Below, one piece after another: positions 38,331-49,664 of a stretch of DNA of 56,001 bases (its first letter is position 1; each line of letters starts with the position of its first letter). The stretch spans positions 1 to 56,001 of the forward strand of contig QPMI01000304.1 of NCBI GenBank assembly GCA_004431415.1, written 5' to 3'. The notes beneath the pieces are model-generated. The model was not told the DNA's origin. It saw nothing but the letters and a program-made list of their open reading frames with translations, and did not search any database. The stretch is from Cyanophora paradoxa CCMP329 (lineage: Eukaryota; Plantae; Glaucophyta). The position numbers and the translations under genes are program-made.

Positions 38331-41004
38331 ATGGTACGTCCGCTATGCCGTAGCCGCGCCGCGCCGGTCAGTCCTCAATCTGCATCAGGTTCTGCGCTGC
38401 CCCAGGAGTCGGTTCTCGGGCAGAAGCATAGTAAGTTTTGCTCCGGCCACCAAAGTTTTTCACTGATTGCCGTGCAGCATCTTCGTCAGGAAAGCAATCC
38501 GCCGTGCGCGATGGTGCCACCGTCCTTGCTGGCAGCGCAAGTGGCGGTAGCGCAATCGCTAGCGTGCAGCCAGACGATGAGGCACAGCAAACCGACTCGG
38601 ATGACGCCAACTCGGCGTCCGTGTCGCAGCGCAGCCTAAGCGATGGGTCAGCGAGCTCTCACGGCTTAGGCCGCCGGCCCAGCGCGTCCAGCAGCGAGCG
38701 GAGGTCGTCTGGCGCATCACCTGCGTCTTCGGACACAGGGCAGCCGCCTGACACACCACCGCCGAGCCATGGATTTGTCCCCTCGGTAGCTTTTTCCTTT
38801 TTTCAGTTTAGCCAGAAGGCTCCGGCGCGGCCATCGCAGCCACACAGCGCGCCGCCACCGCCGCCAAGGATCGTCCCTCGGCCGGGGCCCGTCTCGGCGG
38901 CGGAGCGCGAGCAGGCGGCGAGCGTGCGGGCGTTCTGGCAGCACGCGAGCGCGCGGGAGAGGAAGGCAATCACGTCCGTGAAGGCGGCGCGGGTCCTCGA
39001 ATGCTTACGGAGCCACTATGGGGCCAGCCGATCCTGCATGGAGCTCCTGCAGCGCGCGCTGGACGCCATTTCGAAGAACGGCGGGATCGTTGGGGCGGTG
39101 CGGGGCGCGTCCACATGGGCCGGCAGCCTCGCCGACGCGGCCGTCGTCCCCGCGCTCTCGGTGGAAGAGCCCGTCGAACCGTCAGTTGGCTCGACCGCCC
39201 CGAGCCCGTCAGACGTCCTCCTCGTATCGTCCCGCAAGGACTTGTCGCTATCTGTCGCTCCGGAGCTTCTCAGCGCCAGCGGCGGCGAGCGGCTGATCGC
39301 GCTTCTCGCACGCCGCGTCACTCGCATTGCGTCGGGCCATCGCGACGCGGGCCAGCAGGCTGTCCTTCCCGAGCGCTCCCTGGCGCGCGCGGCGTCGGCG
39401 CCGGAGGAGGCGAGGGCGGCGAGCGATGCGGACGAGGCGGCCCGGAGGGCGGTGGAGGCCCTTGGGGCGCAGGAGGTCGTCCTCTCCGTCTGCTGGCGCC
39501 TCATCCTGGACCGGCTCGTCGGCGCGTATGTCGGCTACCAGCGGCGTCTGCAGGCCGGTCCCTCCAGCTGCCCCGGGTCGCCCCCAGCGGGGGGCCTACA
39601 GAGCGCGGCGTCGGCGCCGGCGGCGATGGGGCGCGGTGCGGTGGCGGGGGGCTCAGGCTCGGGCGAGGAGGACGAGGGCCCCGAGGAGGAGCACCTCAGC
39701 GCACGCTCCTCGTCCCGCGCCAGCAGCCCGCCCCGCCCCGCCGCCCCCCAGCCGCCCCGCCCCGCCCCCGCCCCCGCCACCGCCTCCGCCCCGCCCCACT
39801 CCTCCAAGCCGCGCGGCGGCGTCGTGACGCTCCTGGCGGCGACGGAGGCGGCCAAGGACGGGGCGGTGCTGCGGCGGGCCCCGGGGGACGGCTCCTCGCG
39901 TTCGGCCCGCAAGCGCAAGAACAAGAAGAGCGCCGGCGGCGCGATCGGGCGGCTCGGCGAGGAGCCTGCCACCGCCGCCTGCCTCGTGCGCCCCTCCGCC
40001 CCTCGCCGCCCTGGCCGCCCCTCGCCTGACGCCGGCCGCAGGCTTCGAACGCGTCGCACAGCGACTCGGGGGTCAGCCGCGACGCGTCGCCCCGCCCCGC
40101 GTGGGCCGTCGCCCCTCCAGAGGTCCTCCCCGCGCCGGCGCCGGCGCCCCTGCTGCCGCTGGCGCCGCGGCCGCAGCTCGGCCTCGTGCAGCCGCCCGTG
40201 ACGGGCGCCGTCGACACGACGAGCCCGCAGTACCGGGCGATCTTCGCGCAGTACTACCGCGCCTACATGGCGGCCGCCGCTCCGCCCCTCCCGACCGCCC
40301 CCATTTCCCCGCCCTCGCCTCCCTCGCCGGTGCTGGCCGCCGGGAGCCCGCTCGGCGCCGCCAGCCAGTCGATGTTCTCCAGCGACCCGCTCCGCCTCGT
40401 GGCCACCCGCCGCGGCGCCGCCGGGGCCGGCCCCGCCACGCCCTCCCCCGCCGCCGTCGGGCCGGCCTACCAGCACTTCGGCCCGCCCTCGCCGGGGACC
40501 CCGCAGCGCCGCGATCGCCGGCCGCGCCCTTCGCCCCGCTCGCCCTCGACTCGCCGGTGCCGACCCGCGGCCCTCGCCCCTGGGCGCCGTCGGCTCGGGC
40601 CGCGCCGGCGGCGGGTCCGGCAGCTCGACACCGGCAGGCACCTCGTCCCCCACGGTCGCCTTCTGGGCGGGCGTAGCGGCCGACGGCCCCGCCGCCGGCC
40701 CCGCCGCCCCGTCGCCGTCCCTCAGGGCCGTCTCCGGGCACGGGAGCGTCGCTTTTCCGGACCCCACGTGCCCCGTGCGCGGCCGTGCCCCTCCCGTGCG
40801 GTGAGAGCCCCTCTCACGGCCCCGCAGGCGATCTGGGAGCCGCTAGGCAAGGGCGCCCTTGGCCTCGGGAGCCTCGGACCCAAGGCCCGCTTCCCGACCG
40901 CCGGCGCGCCGGGCGGCCCCGCGGCGGTCCCGTCGGCTGTGCGCCTCTCGACGGGATCGGTGGCGTCGGCGGAGGGCGAGCCTGTACCCCTCACGCACCT
41001 CTAG
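38331..41004 (+). CDS. Low-complexity protein with a weak NST1-like helical domain
   Basis: REQAASVRAFWQHASARERKAITSVKAARVLECLR and VLSVCWRLILDRLVGAY loosely resemble NST1 motifs. The rest is S/P/A-rich. Confidence 0.45.
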
Positions 41005-41119
41005 TCTCACCCGTATCTATTTCTCGGCCAGCGCTAGCTAGCTAGGTTTCGCCTCGCGCCAGGCTGCACGCTTCGCGTCTGTCCATTTCCTTTCACACGC
41101 GACACATGGTCTCCTTCGA

Positions 41120-43058
41120 TTAGGGGAAGTCGAGGCCGCGGCACTCGGTAGGCAGGTACCTGCCGGCGCCCGTCAGGGGTGCGGGCGGGGGGAGGGGGCC
41201 GGGGAGAGCAGGCCTCGGGAGCTTGGCGACGAGGACGCGGGAAGATACAATGGGGCCGGCCTCCAGCGGGCCCGTGGCCTCGAGCGCCAGGTCCTGTTCC
41301 CCCGGCCGCCGTGAGGCCCCGCCGAGCCTGAGGTGCGGCGCGGCCGCCGGGCGCATGCGCACGCGGTCGCGGCGGGTGTAGGTCACGAGGATGACGTCGG
41401 GGGGCAGGGAGGCGACGGAGAGCTGCGGGGGGAAAGGCGGTGGGGCGGCGCGCGGGCGGGCGCCGGGCGCCGGGCGGGGCGGGTCGGACCTCGGAGAGGG
41501 AGTCGGCCTCCGGGGCGAGGAGGGCGGGGCGGAGGGGCGGGGCGGAGGCGCAGAGGGCGTCGGGGCACTCGCCGACGAGGAGGGAGCGGTTGGCGGTGGC
41601 GAGGGCGAGCAGCGGTAGGCCCCGCGGCGAGAGGGCGACCGCGAAGGAGACGAGGCGCGCCCCGGGGGCCGCCACGCGGCGGAAGGCGAGCCGGCCGCCG
41701 CACGCGGGGCCCGCGCAGGGGGCGACGTGCAGGGCGACGGTGTCGGCCGCGGGGTCGAAGACGGCGCGGAAGAGGAGGGCGGGGGCCGGCGCGGGGGCGG
41801 GGAGGGCCAGGAGCTGCACGTGCCGCTCGGTGCTCGCCAGCGGGCTCGCCGCCTCGAAGGGCTCGCCCGAGGCCATCGCCCCGCACGCCGCCTCCACGCA
41901 GCTCGCCACCTGCCCCCCGGCGTCTGAGGCAAGCCCGAGACGCTGGGTGCAGGACGCACCGCGGCGTAGCGGGGGTCGGGGGTGTAGGGCAGCACGGGCC
42001 CGAACTGCGAGGCCCTGAGGGGCCGGGGGGCGGGGGCGGGGGGGATGAGGAGCGGGGGGTACGGTGTGCAGCACGACGACCGAGTCGTTGTCGAGGGCCT
42101 CGACCTGAGTGACGGGGGCGGGGACGAGGGGCATGCCGCCGGGACCCTCGGCGACGTCGACGCGGGGGAGGAAGTACGGTCGCAGGGTGGGCGGGCCCAG
42201 GCACGAGGGGTCCGAGCAGCGGAGGAGGACGCCGGGGCCCGTGAGCGCCACGAGGGGGACGCCGTCGGGCCCCACGGCAATTGAGACCGGCCCCCCGCGC
42301 GGCACGTTCGTCACGCCGGGAAAGAGGAGGGCGCGCCGCCCCGCGCAGCGCGCGTCACTGCGGCTCGATCAATAACGGAGCGCCCGCAGCGCGGGGGAAA
42401 GAGGGGGCGCACAGGCAGAAGATGAGGCGCAGCGGGCTGGGCGAAGTCGCCCCCGTGAAGTTGAAAGGAGCCACTGCGACGACGGGCCCCTCGCGGCCGA
42501 TGGCGAAGTCGGCGGTGACGAGCGCGCTCCTGTAGGCGATGTAGCGGTACGAGTAGAGGACACGCACTGAGTCGAAGTCGCTGCAGTTGCGGTCGCTGCA
42601 GTGCGCCTACAGCGCGTTAGCCACAGAAGCATCCGAGAGGCCGATGCCTGTGCCACGCACCAGCGTCACGTACCTGCCAGCGCGCGCTCAGGAGAATCGC
42701 GCGCGAGGAGAGCGATAGGATCCGGACAGCGCACGCGGTTAGTGGGCAGGCCGAGAAGCCGTGGAAGAGCACCACGCCGAGGCCGTCGTTTCCGATGAGC
42801 AATTTCGACAGATGCGCCTGGCGCGCGGGACGATCGGAGATTATGCCGCCAGCCTGAGGGAGCAGCGCGCTCAGAAGCAGTCCAGATGCTAGATACGAGA
42901 TATTTTGAACCCGCGGGGCGCACCGCGCTCTCGTCCGAGGCACCAGTCGCCTCCAACTCGAACCCCGGATCGACGCCACCTGAGCGCGCGGCGCCAAGCA
43001 GCGTGCACACAACGATAACGACGATTGCGCGGGGTGGGAAGCCGGCGTGGCGCTGCAT
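41120..43058 (-). CDS. Secreted protein with repeated S-h-x-h-G-x-D-G-x-P...C-x-D-x-x-C modules (beta-propeller-like)
   Basis: Signal peptide AIVVIVVCTLLGAARS. Repeats: SKLLIGNDGLGVV..HCSDRNC, SIAVGPDGVPLV..RCSDPSC, AVALSPRGLPLL..ECPDALC, SCVEAAC, PCAGPAC. Confidence 0.6.
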
Positions 43059-43145
43059 TTCTTTGAATTGATCCGAGACTCCGAGTTTCTGCTGGGGTAC
43101 GAGGTTGAGGGGGTTTGAACGTCGGCCTCCGAGCGCTGCACCGCG

Positions 43146-46100
43146 ATGGCTGGCAGCCGACCCGCGCTGTTCGAGGCCGTTGTCGCCGGCCAGACGGACG
43201 CGGTGCGCTCTGCCCAGCCCGACCTCGAACCGCGCTTATCTGCTAGCTGCGGTACGAAGGTCAAGAGCATCCTGGAGCGCGGCCAGGCACCGGTTCGCAT
43301 CTGCCGCCCGCAGCGCTGCAGACGTGCTGATGCGCGTCCGCACAGGTCAACACGCAGGTGTCGCCCTCGCAGACCTGGCGCTTTCCGATGTTAACCAGGC
43401 CCCTTCAGGACAAGTATGGTCGCAGCGCGCTCTTCAAAGCTGTCGAGGGCGGGAATGCACCGCTCGTTCGGTTCCTCCTCGAGCAGGGCGCCCCCGTTGG
43501 TGCGCAACCGTACCGTACGGCCTGCTCCCAGCACCGTGCGCTCAGCGAGCGCACGCCCAGACGTGCGGGCGGTCAACGGCTTCACCCCCCTCATCGCTGG
43601 TGCGCTGTCCGCTGTCCCCGCGCAGCGCTAGCTAACGACCGGCGCCCTCGCAGCCTGCGTCTTGCGGAGGGCAGACATTTGCGCGTGCGTGGTGCATGAT
43701 GCTTGGCGACGAACGCAGCGCTCAGAAGCTGCGCAGCGAGCTGCTGCGCTTCGGGGCGGACGTCCGGACGCAGGACAACGAGGGCAAGTCGGCGCTCGTC
43801 TACGCGGCTCACATCCCTGAGATCAGGGACATGCTCCTGTGCCGGGCCGCGCGGGACGGCTTCACGGACGCCGTGAAGTGCGCCCCGCCGGCGTCGCAGC
43901 GCGCCCCGCCGCCTCTTCATCTCAGCCCCTGACAGAGAGCTGATGCGCCTGGGCGCCAACCTGAACGCGTCGGACACGGAGGGCTGGACGCCCCTCATCG
44001 GGGCCTGCGCGGGAGGCCACTACCCCGTCCTGCGGTCCGCCCCACCGCCCCCACGCTCCCCGCCCCCTGCCCCCGCCCCCGATACCGACGTCGAGGCGCG
44101 CGCGCCGCAGGGAGCTGCTGGCTCGTTCCGACGAGCTGCGGTCCAGCGCGCACCGCTTCGGCGGCGGCGGCGGCGGCTGGGCCGGCGGGGCCGGCAGCGC
44201 CCCTCCCTCCAGGTGAGAGCCCGGGCCCCGCCCCCTCCGCATCGCCCCCCCCCCCCCCCCCCACCCCCCCCCCTCCCCCCTCCGCACCGCCCCGGCCTGA
44301 CGTTGCGGCAGCTTGTCAGGCATGCCCCCGAGCAGCAAAGACAACTTGAAGCGGGTCCACCTCCGCCCCCCTGCCCCCCTGCCCTCCTCGTTGTACCCCT
44401 CCGGGGCGCAAGCCAGCGCTGAACCGCGCCTCGCTCGCCCCAGAAACCGGTGGACGCGACGCTGGAGCTGTACCGCCAGAGCCCCGAGAAGGGCGCGCGG
44501 CGCCCCCCCGCGGCCGCGGGCGCTGGGGCTGGGGCCGATGCGGCGGCAGGGATCTACCTGGAGGCGCGGGACGTGCAGGGCCGCACGGCCCTCATCCACT
44601 CCGCCATCGGCGGCTTCTTCGACATCACCAAGCGCGCCCCCTCCCGCACGATCCCTTGCCCCCTTGTAACCCTGCCTCCTCGTCTGCTCCCGACGCAGGG
44701 AGCTGGTCGAGCGGGGCGCGGAGGTGATGAGCGTGGACGCGTCGGGAAAGACCGGACTCCTTCACGCCGCCGAGGTTCCCGCCCTCCTTCTCCTTTCTCT
44801 GTTGAGCTCAAGCCGTGGCGCCGCGCAGGGCATGCACATCCCGCTCGTGCGGTGCGGGCCGCCCTGCGCCGTCCTGTTTCGCGGTTGAGACGGGGCCGGG
44901 GCAGGTACCTGATGGAGCAGAGCGAGGGGCACCTGGAAGTGTGCGGGGAGGGCGGCGAGGGGCTCCTCCGCGCCCTCGCCCAGTGCCGCGAGAGCCTCCC
45001 CTTCGAGAAGTGCTCCAGGTGCGGGGGCGCCGCGCGCGCGCCCCCCGGCGGGGCCGGCCGGCCTCACGGGGCGGGGGGCAGGCACCGCGTGCGGGCTGTG
45101 CTCCTCTTCTCGAAGCTCTTCCGGGAGCAGGCCTCGGCGGACAAGGCGCCCCGCCCCGCCCGCCCCGGGGAGGAGGGGACGGCGGCCTGACGCGAGGCGG
45201 CGGCGCAGTTCCACGCCGCGAAGCTGAACGGGCTGGCGAACGCCTGCGTGGACCTCGCGACGCAGGTGCCGGGGCCGGCGCCGCCCCTCCCCGCCCGACA
45301 CCGAAGGCTCAAGGGCGGGGCTGGCGGCAGCTGTACGACACGTACGTGGAGGAGTTCGCGAAGAAGCTGCTCGCCCACGAGCTCGAGGGCCAGTCCGTCC
45401 TCGACCTCGCCCTCGACGCCCGGCCCGCCCCCGCCGCCCCCGCCCGCCCCGCCGGCGCGCGACCGGCGGCGCAGGGCGGCGCGCTTCATCGGGCACCCCT
45501 ACGTCCAGCAGTACGTCGACGACCTGTGGACGGGGCGCGGTCAGCCTCGCGCTCCCCTCCCCGCGCCTCCCGCGGCCCGAGCCCGCGCGCAGTGGACGAG
45601 GCGGAGGCGGAGGCGGAGGAACGGGGGAGCCCGCGGAGGCGCCGCGGCTGGTGGCAGCGCTTCAAGCGCCGCATCGCCCCCCGCACCAAGCTCTACGCGC
45701 GCCCTCCCCCTGCCCCTCCCCTCTCACCCGTCCCGCCTGACGCCGCACCTCTCAGATGGAGATGACGAGCTACTTCGTGTACCTCCTCATCTTCAGCATC
45801 GTCGTCGAGCGGCGGGCCATGGAGGCGCGGCGGTGCCGTACACCCCGCCCCGCCCCCACGCCCTGACCGCCCCGCAGCTAACGGCGCTCGAGTGCGTCAT
45901 GTACTTCTATGTGGCCACAATGGCATTGGAGGAGCAACGCCAGGCGCCCACGCCCCGCCGCCCCTCGCGCCCCCCCTCCCCCTGACGCGGGGCAGCTGTG
46001 GTCGGAGGGGTGGCGCGCCTACTTCTCTTCTTTTTGGAATCTGCTTGATCAGGCCATCTTCAACGTGGCGGCCCCGGCCCCGCGCCCCGCCGGGGCGGCT

Positions 46101-48046
46101 CACGCGGGGCAGATCTCGGGGGCCTCCGCGGTGCTGCGGCTGGTGGCGATGGCGGTGCCCGGGGCGGCCGACGACACGCGCCTCGCCAACTTTGCCTACG
46201 ACATCCTCGGCTGCAGCGCGTCCCGCCCCGCCCTGCCCTGCCCGCGCGCCCGCGCAGGCCGGCCGGCGACCCGGGCGGGCGCAGGCGCGCTGCTGCTCTG
46301 GATCCGCCTGCTGAACATCTGCACCTTCAACCGGCGCCTCGGCGAGATGCTCATGCAGATCCGCGGCGTGCGCGCCGGCCCCCCGCCCCGCCCCCGCGGC
46401 GGCGGGGGCCGAGGGCGGGGCGGGGCCAGATGTTCGCGGACTTCACGACCTTCTCCGCCATCATGGTCCTCGTCATGGTCGGCTTCAGTGCGCCACGCCG
46501 CCCCGCCCGCTCCCCTCCGCGGGCCCCGCGCGAGGGCGCCGGCGCAGGCCAGTCGCTGCACGTGCTGGGGGCCGACCGCGTGCACGGCGGCGGCTCCTCC
46601 GTCTTCTTCCTCCCCGCCATGCGCGCCCCTCCCCCCTCGCCCTCCCCCTGGCGGGCGGGCGCGCGTGACGGGGGCGCGTCAGAGTGGACATGTTCCGGGC
46701 GGTGCTCGGCGACTTCGACTTCGACGGCGTCGGCGCCCGCTCCCCCTTCCTCGGCCGCCTCTTCCTCTCCGGCTTCCTCATCGTCCGCCCCGCCTCCCCG
46801 CCCCTGCCCCGCGCCTGACCCCGCGCCCCACGCAAGACCTGCAACATCCTCCTCATGAACCGTGCGCCCCCGCGCTCGCTCGACGGACCCCGGCCCCGCC
46901 CGCCCCGCCAATTCCGGCCCGCGCAGTCCTCATCGCAACCTTCTCGAACACACTCACTACCGTCCGCCGGCCCCTCCGCCTCCCCTCCCCCCCGCCGCGC
47001 GCCGGCGCGGGGCGAGCGGGGCGCGGGGTGGGGCGGGGGTGCAGGTGTCGCTGAACTCGCGGGACGACCTCCTCTTCAACCTCACCGAGCGCGTCCTCGA
47101 CGTCCGCACCCCCGCCCCCGCCCCCGCCCCGGGCGGCCGCCCGTGACGCCCGCCCGCCCGCCGCGACCAGTACCGGGCCTCGGCCTTCCGCCTGCCGCCC
47201 CCCTTCAACGTCTTCGACCTCGCCGGCACCGCCCTCCGCGCCCTCGCCGCCCGCCCCCCGCCCGCCCGACGTGCCCCGCCCCGCGCCCCCCCCCCCCCCC
47301 CTCCTCCCTCCTCGCCCCCGCGCTGAGAACCCGCAGGAGGACGGGAGCGGGGGGAAGCGCACCCCCCAGCGCATGTCCTCCGCCTCCTCCCTGCAGCACG
47401 TCAAGCTCCGCGAGTCCGGCTCCTTCTCATACCCCGGCGCGCCCGCCCCCGCCCCGTCACCCGCCACCCGTCTCATCCGCCGCGCTGCAGCGAACGGGGC
47501 GAGCCCGGCCCCCACGACGGTCGGGTCGGCCTCCGTTGCGGCGGCCGCCGCCATCGCCACCGGCGCCGCGGAGGACGAGTCGTGGTGCGGGGCACCCGGC
47601 CCGGAGCTCGCCCCCGGCGTGGAGCGATCCCCCGCAGGATCGACGCCCCCTTCCGGAAGCTCTCGTCGGGCGGCGGCGGCGCGAAGAAGAAGGAGCAGAG
47701 CGACGAGGCGCGAGGGCACGCCTTCCCAGACCGCGCCCCCCTTGACGGGGACTGGGCCGCCAGGTGGCGACGAGCGTGGAGCACCTGGTGGTGCCGGCGA
47801 TGCAGGCCTTCGTCTCGAAGCAGGTCGGCGAGGTGCGGCAGCAGATGCAGAGCATGGAGCAGACCCTCCAGCAGCGCATGGTGCGCGGCAGCCGGCGCCG
47901 TGCCCGCCCCCCAGATTGAGACCGGCGCGCAGGCGCTGATCGAGCAGCGGCTGCAAGAGACGACGAGCGCACTGCTGGCGCGCCTGGACGCGACGGTGGA
48001 GGCCCTCGGGAAGAAGAAGAGCGGCTCCTGGCAGGGGGCCCGATGA
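43146..48046 (+). CDS. Ankyrin-repeat TRP cation channel
   Basis: Ankyrin repeats (DKYGRSALFKAV, DNEGKSAL, DTEGWTPLIGAC, DVQGRTAL), FIGHPYVQQYVDDLWTG, WRAYFSSFWNLLD, LLWIRLLNI, MFRAVLGDFDF, NILLMNLLIATFS, LPPPFN, and a C-terminal coiled coil. Confidence 0.88.
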
Positions 48047-48632
48047 CGCCCCCCACGCCTTCTCCGCGCAGCTTCTCTGCGCTTTTTCTTCTGCATGTAC
48101 ATGCAAGAGGCCTCACGCTCAGGGCCTTAAAAGGGCTTCATGTGCGCGCATGCCCGGGATCAGGCCTAGGATATCGATCCGTTCGAATTCGGAAGGGGCC
48201 GAGGGCTTCATCCGCTCGATTGGAAGGCGCCGGATGGGGGATCGATATCCGGAAAACTAAACATGCACGCATGCGCATGCGCAGCTGCGGCGTCCGGAGA
48301 AGAAGAGTATGGGACTGGCAGGACTAGTAATTTGCACGTACCCCCGCTTCAGATCTGTCTGATCTGAGCGGCGCCTTCGGCTTCACATACGATGGCAATT
48401 GCAACGATGAGCCTCTGGGGACCGTTGAGCTTCCTTTGGCAACGTCGGAGATTGCTTCTGCGCCCCTTCAGCACTGCGGCACCAGAACAAGACGCCACCG
48501 TGACACGCGCGTGAAGCACGCGCAGCATCCGCCCATCCGCCCATCGAGCGGCCTCAACAAGCTGTGCACGTCTGCTCAAAGCGCGACCACGAGCCGCCGC
48601 CGACGAGGTAGATTTGAAAGCGCTGGACAGCG

Positions 48633-49569
48633 ATGAGGAACTCAATAAAGTTCTACAAGGAGAAGGAGAAGTACTATGAGTTCTCGAACTTCCACATAGT
48701 GCGACTCCATGCCCCGCGCGCAGCTTATCCCGGCCCGCGAATTCGAACTGCGCATGCTCTCACACGCGAGCGGCGCGCCGCGCGGCCGCAGTGTAAGCCT
48801 TTCCAGCTCCATTGGTATGAAGACATAAAGGCGGGGCGCACGGACGGTCCCGCGCCCACTTGGCACACGAGCGAGGCATACTTCCAGGCGCGCGCGCGCG
48901 CAGCGCGCGCGCCGTTCTCGAGGCCTCTCGCATTCTGAGTCGGCGAGTCTGCAGGCGCAGAAGTTCTACCCGCATGCGAGGGAGATCGCGGAGTCCATCG
49001 CGACGGACCCGTGCGGCCAGCCGGTTGTGGGGGCTTGCCATCGCTAGCGCTTTCAATGACCCTCAGCCAGGTCGCCCTCCTATGCCTTCAAGGCAGGGCG
49101 GAGGACAGCGGAGAACGCGCAGCACGTGCGGAGGGACTGGCAGGAGGTCAAGGAGGACGTGAGCTGCCCTCCCGCCCCCTACCCCGGCCCCGGGGGCCCT
49201 CCGCTCCGCCGGGCTTGAATCCTGCTCGCGCAGGTAATGATGCACGCGCTGCGGGCCAAGTTCGGGCAGCCGGAGCTGCGGGCGCTACTGCTGGGCACGG
49301 GGGACGCCCTCCTCGTCGAGCACACGAAGCGGGACGCGTACTGGGGCGACGGCGGCGACGGGTCCGGGGCCAACCGGCTCGGGCACTGCCTCATGGCAGT
49401 CCGCGACGAGCTTTGCGCCGCCCCCGGCCCGCCCGGCCCCGGGCCCGCTGCCCCCGCGGCACCCGACTCCGCGAGCCCGCGCGCCCCCGCCTCGTGCGCC
49501 GAGACGGCCGGCAGCGCTAGCACCGCCCCCGCCGTTGTCTCCTGCAGACTACCGCGCGGGTATACGTAG
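48633..49569 (+). CDS. NADAR (YbiA-like) N-glycosidase family protein
   Basis: IKFY...YYEFSNF, WHTSEAYFQAQKF, VRRDWQEVKEDVMMHALRAKF, LLLGTGDALLVEH, DAYWGDGGDGSGANRLGHCLMAVR. Confidence 0.9.
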
Positions 49570-49664
49570 AGCTCTAGATCTGCACGTGCTCGCTGCGCTA
49601 GCAACTGGTGATGTGCTGGCATTCGGAGAGAAGCTCGCGAGGACGGGGGTGAGGACGGGGGTGG

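Noticed and set aside
48633-49569. NADAR as part of a DarT-NADAR toxin-antitoxin or defence system
   Set aside because: No ADP-ribosyltransferase is visible nearby, and stand-alone NADAR is common in eukaryotes.
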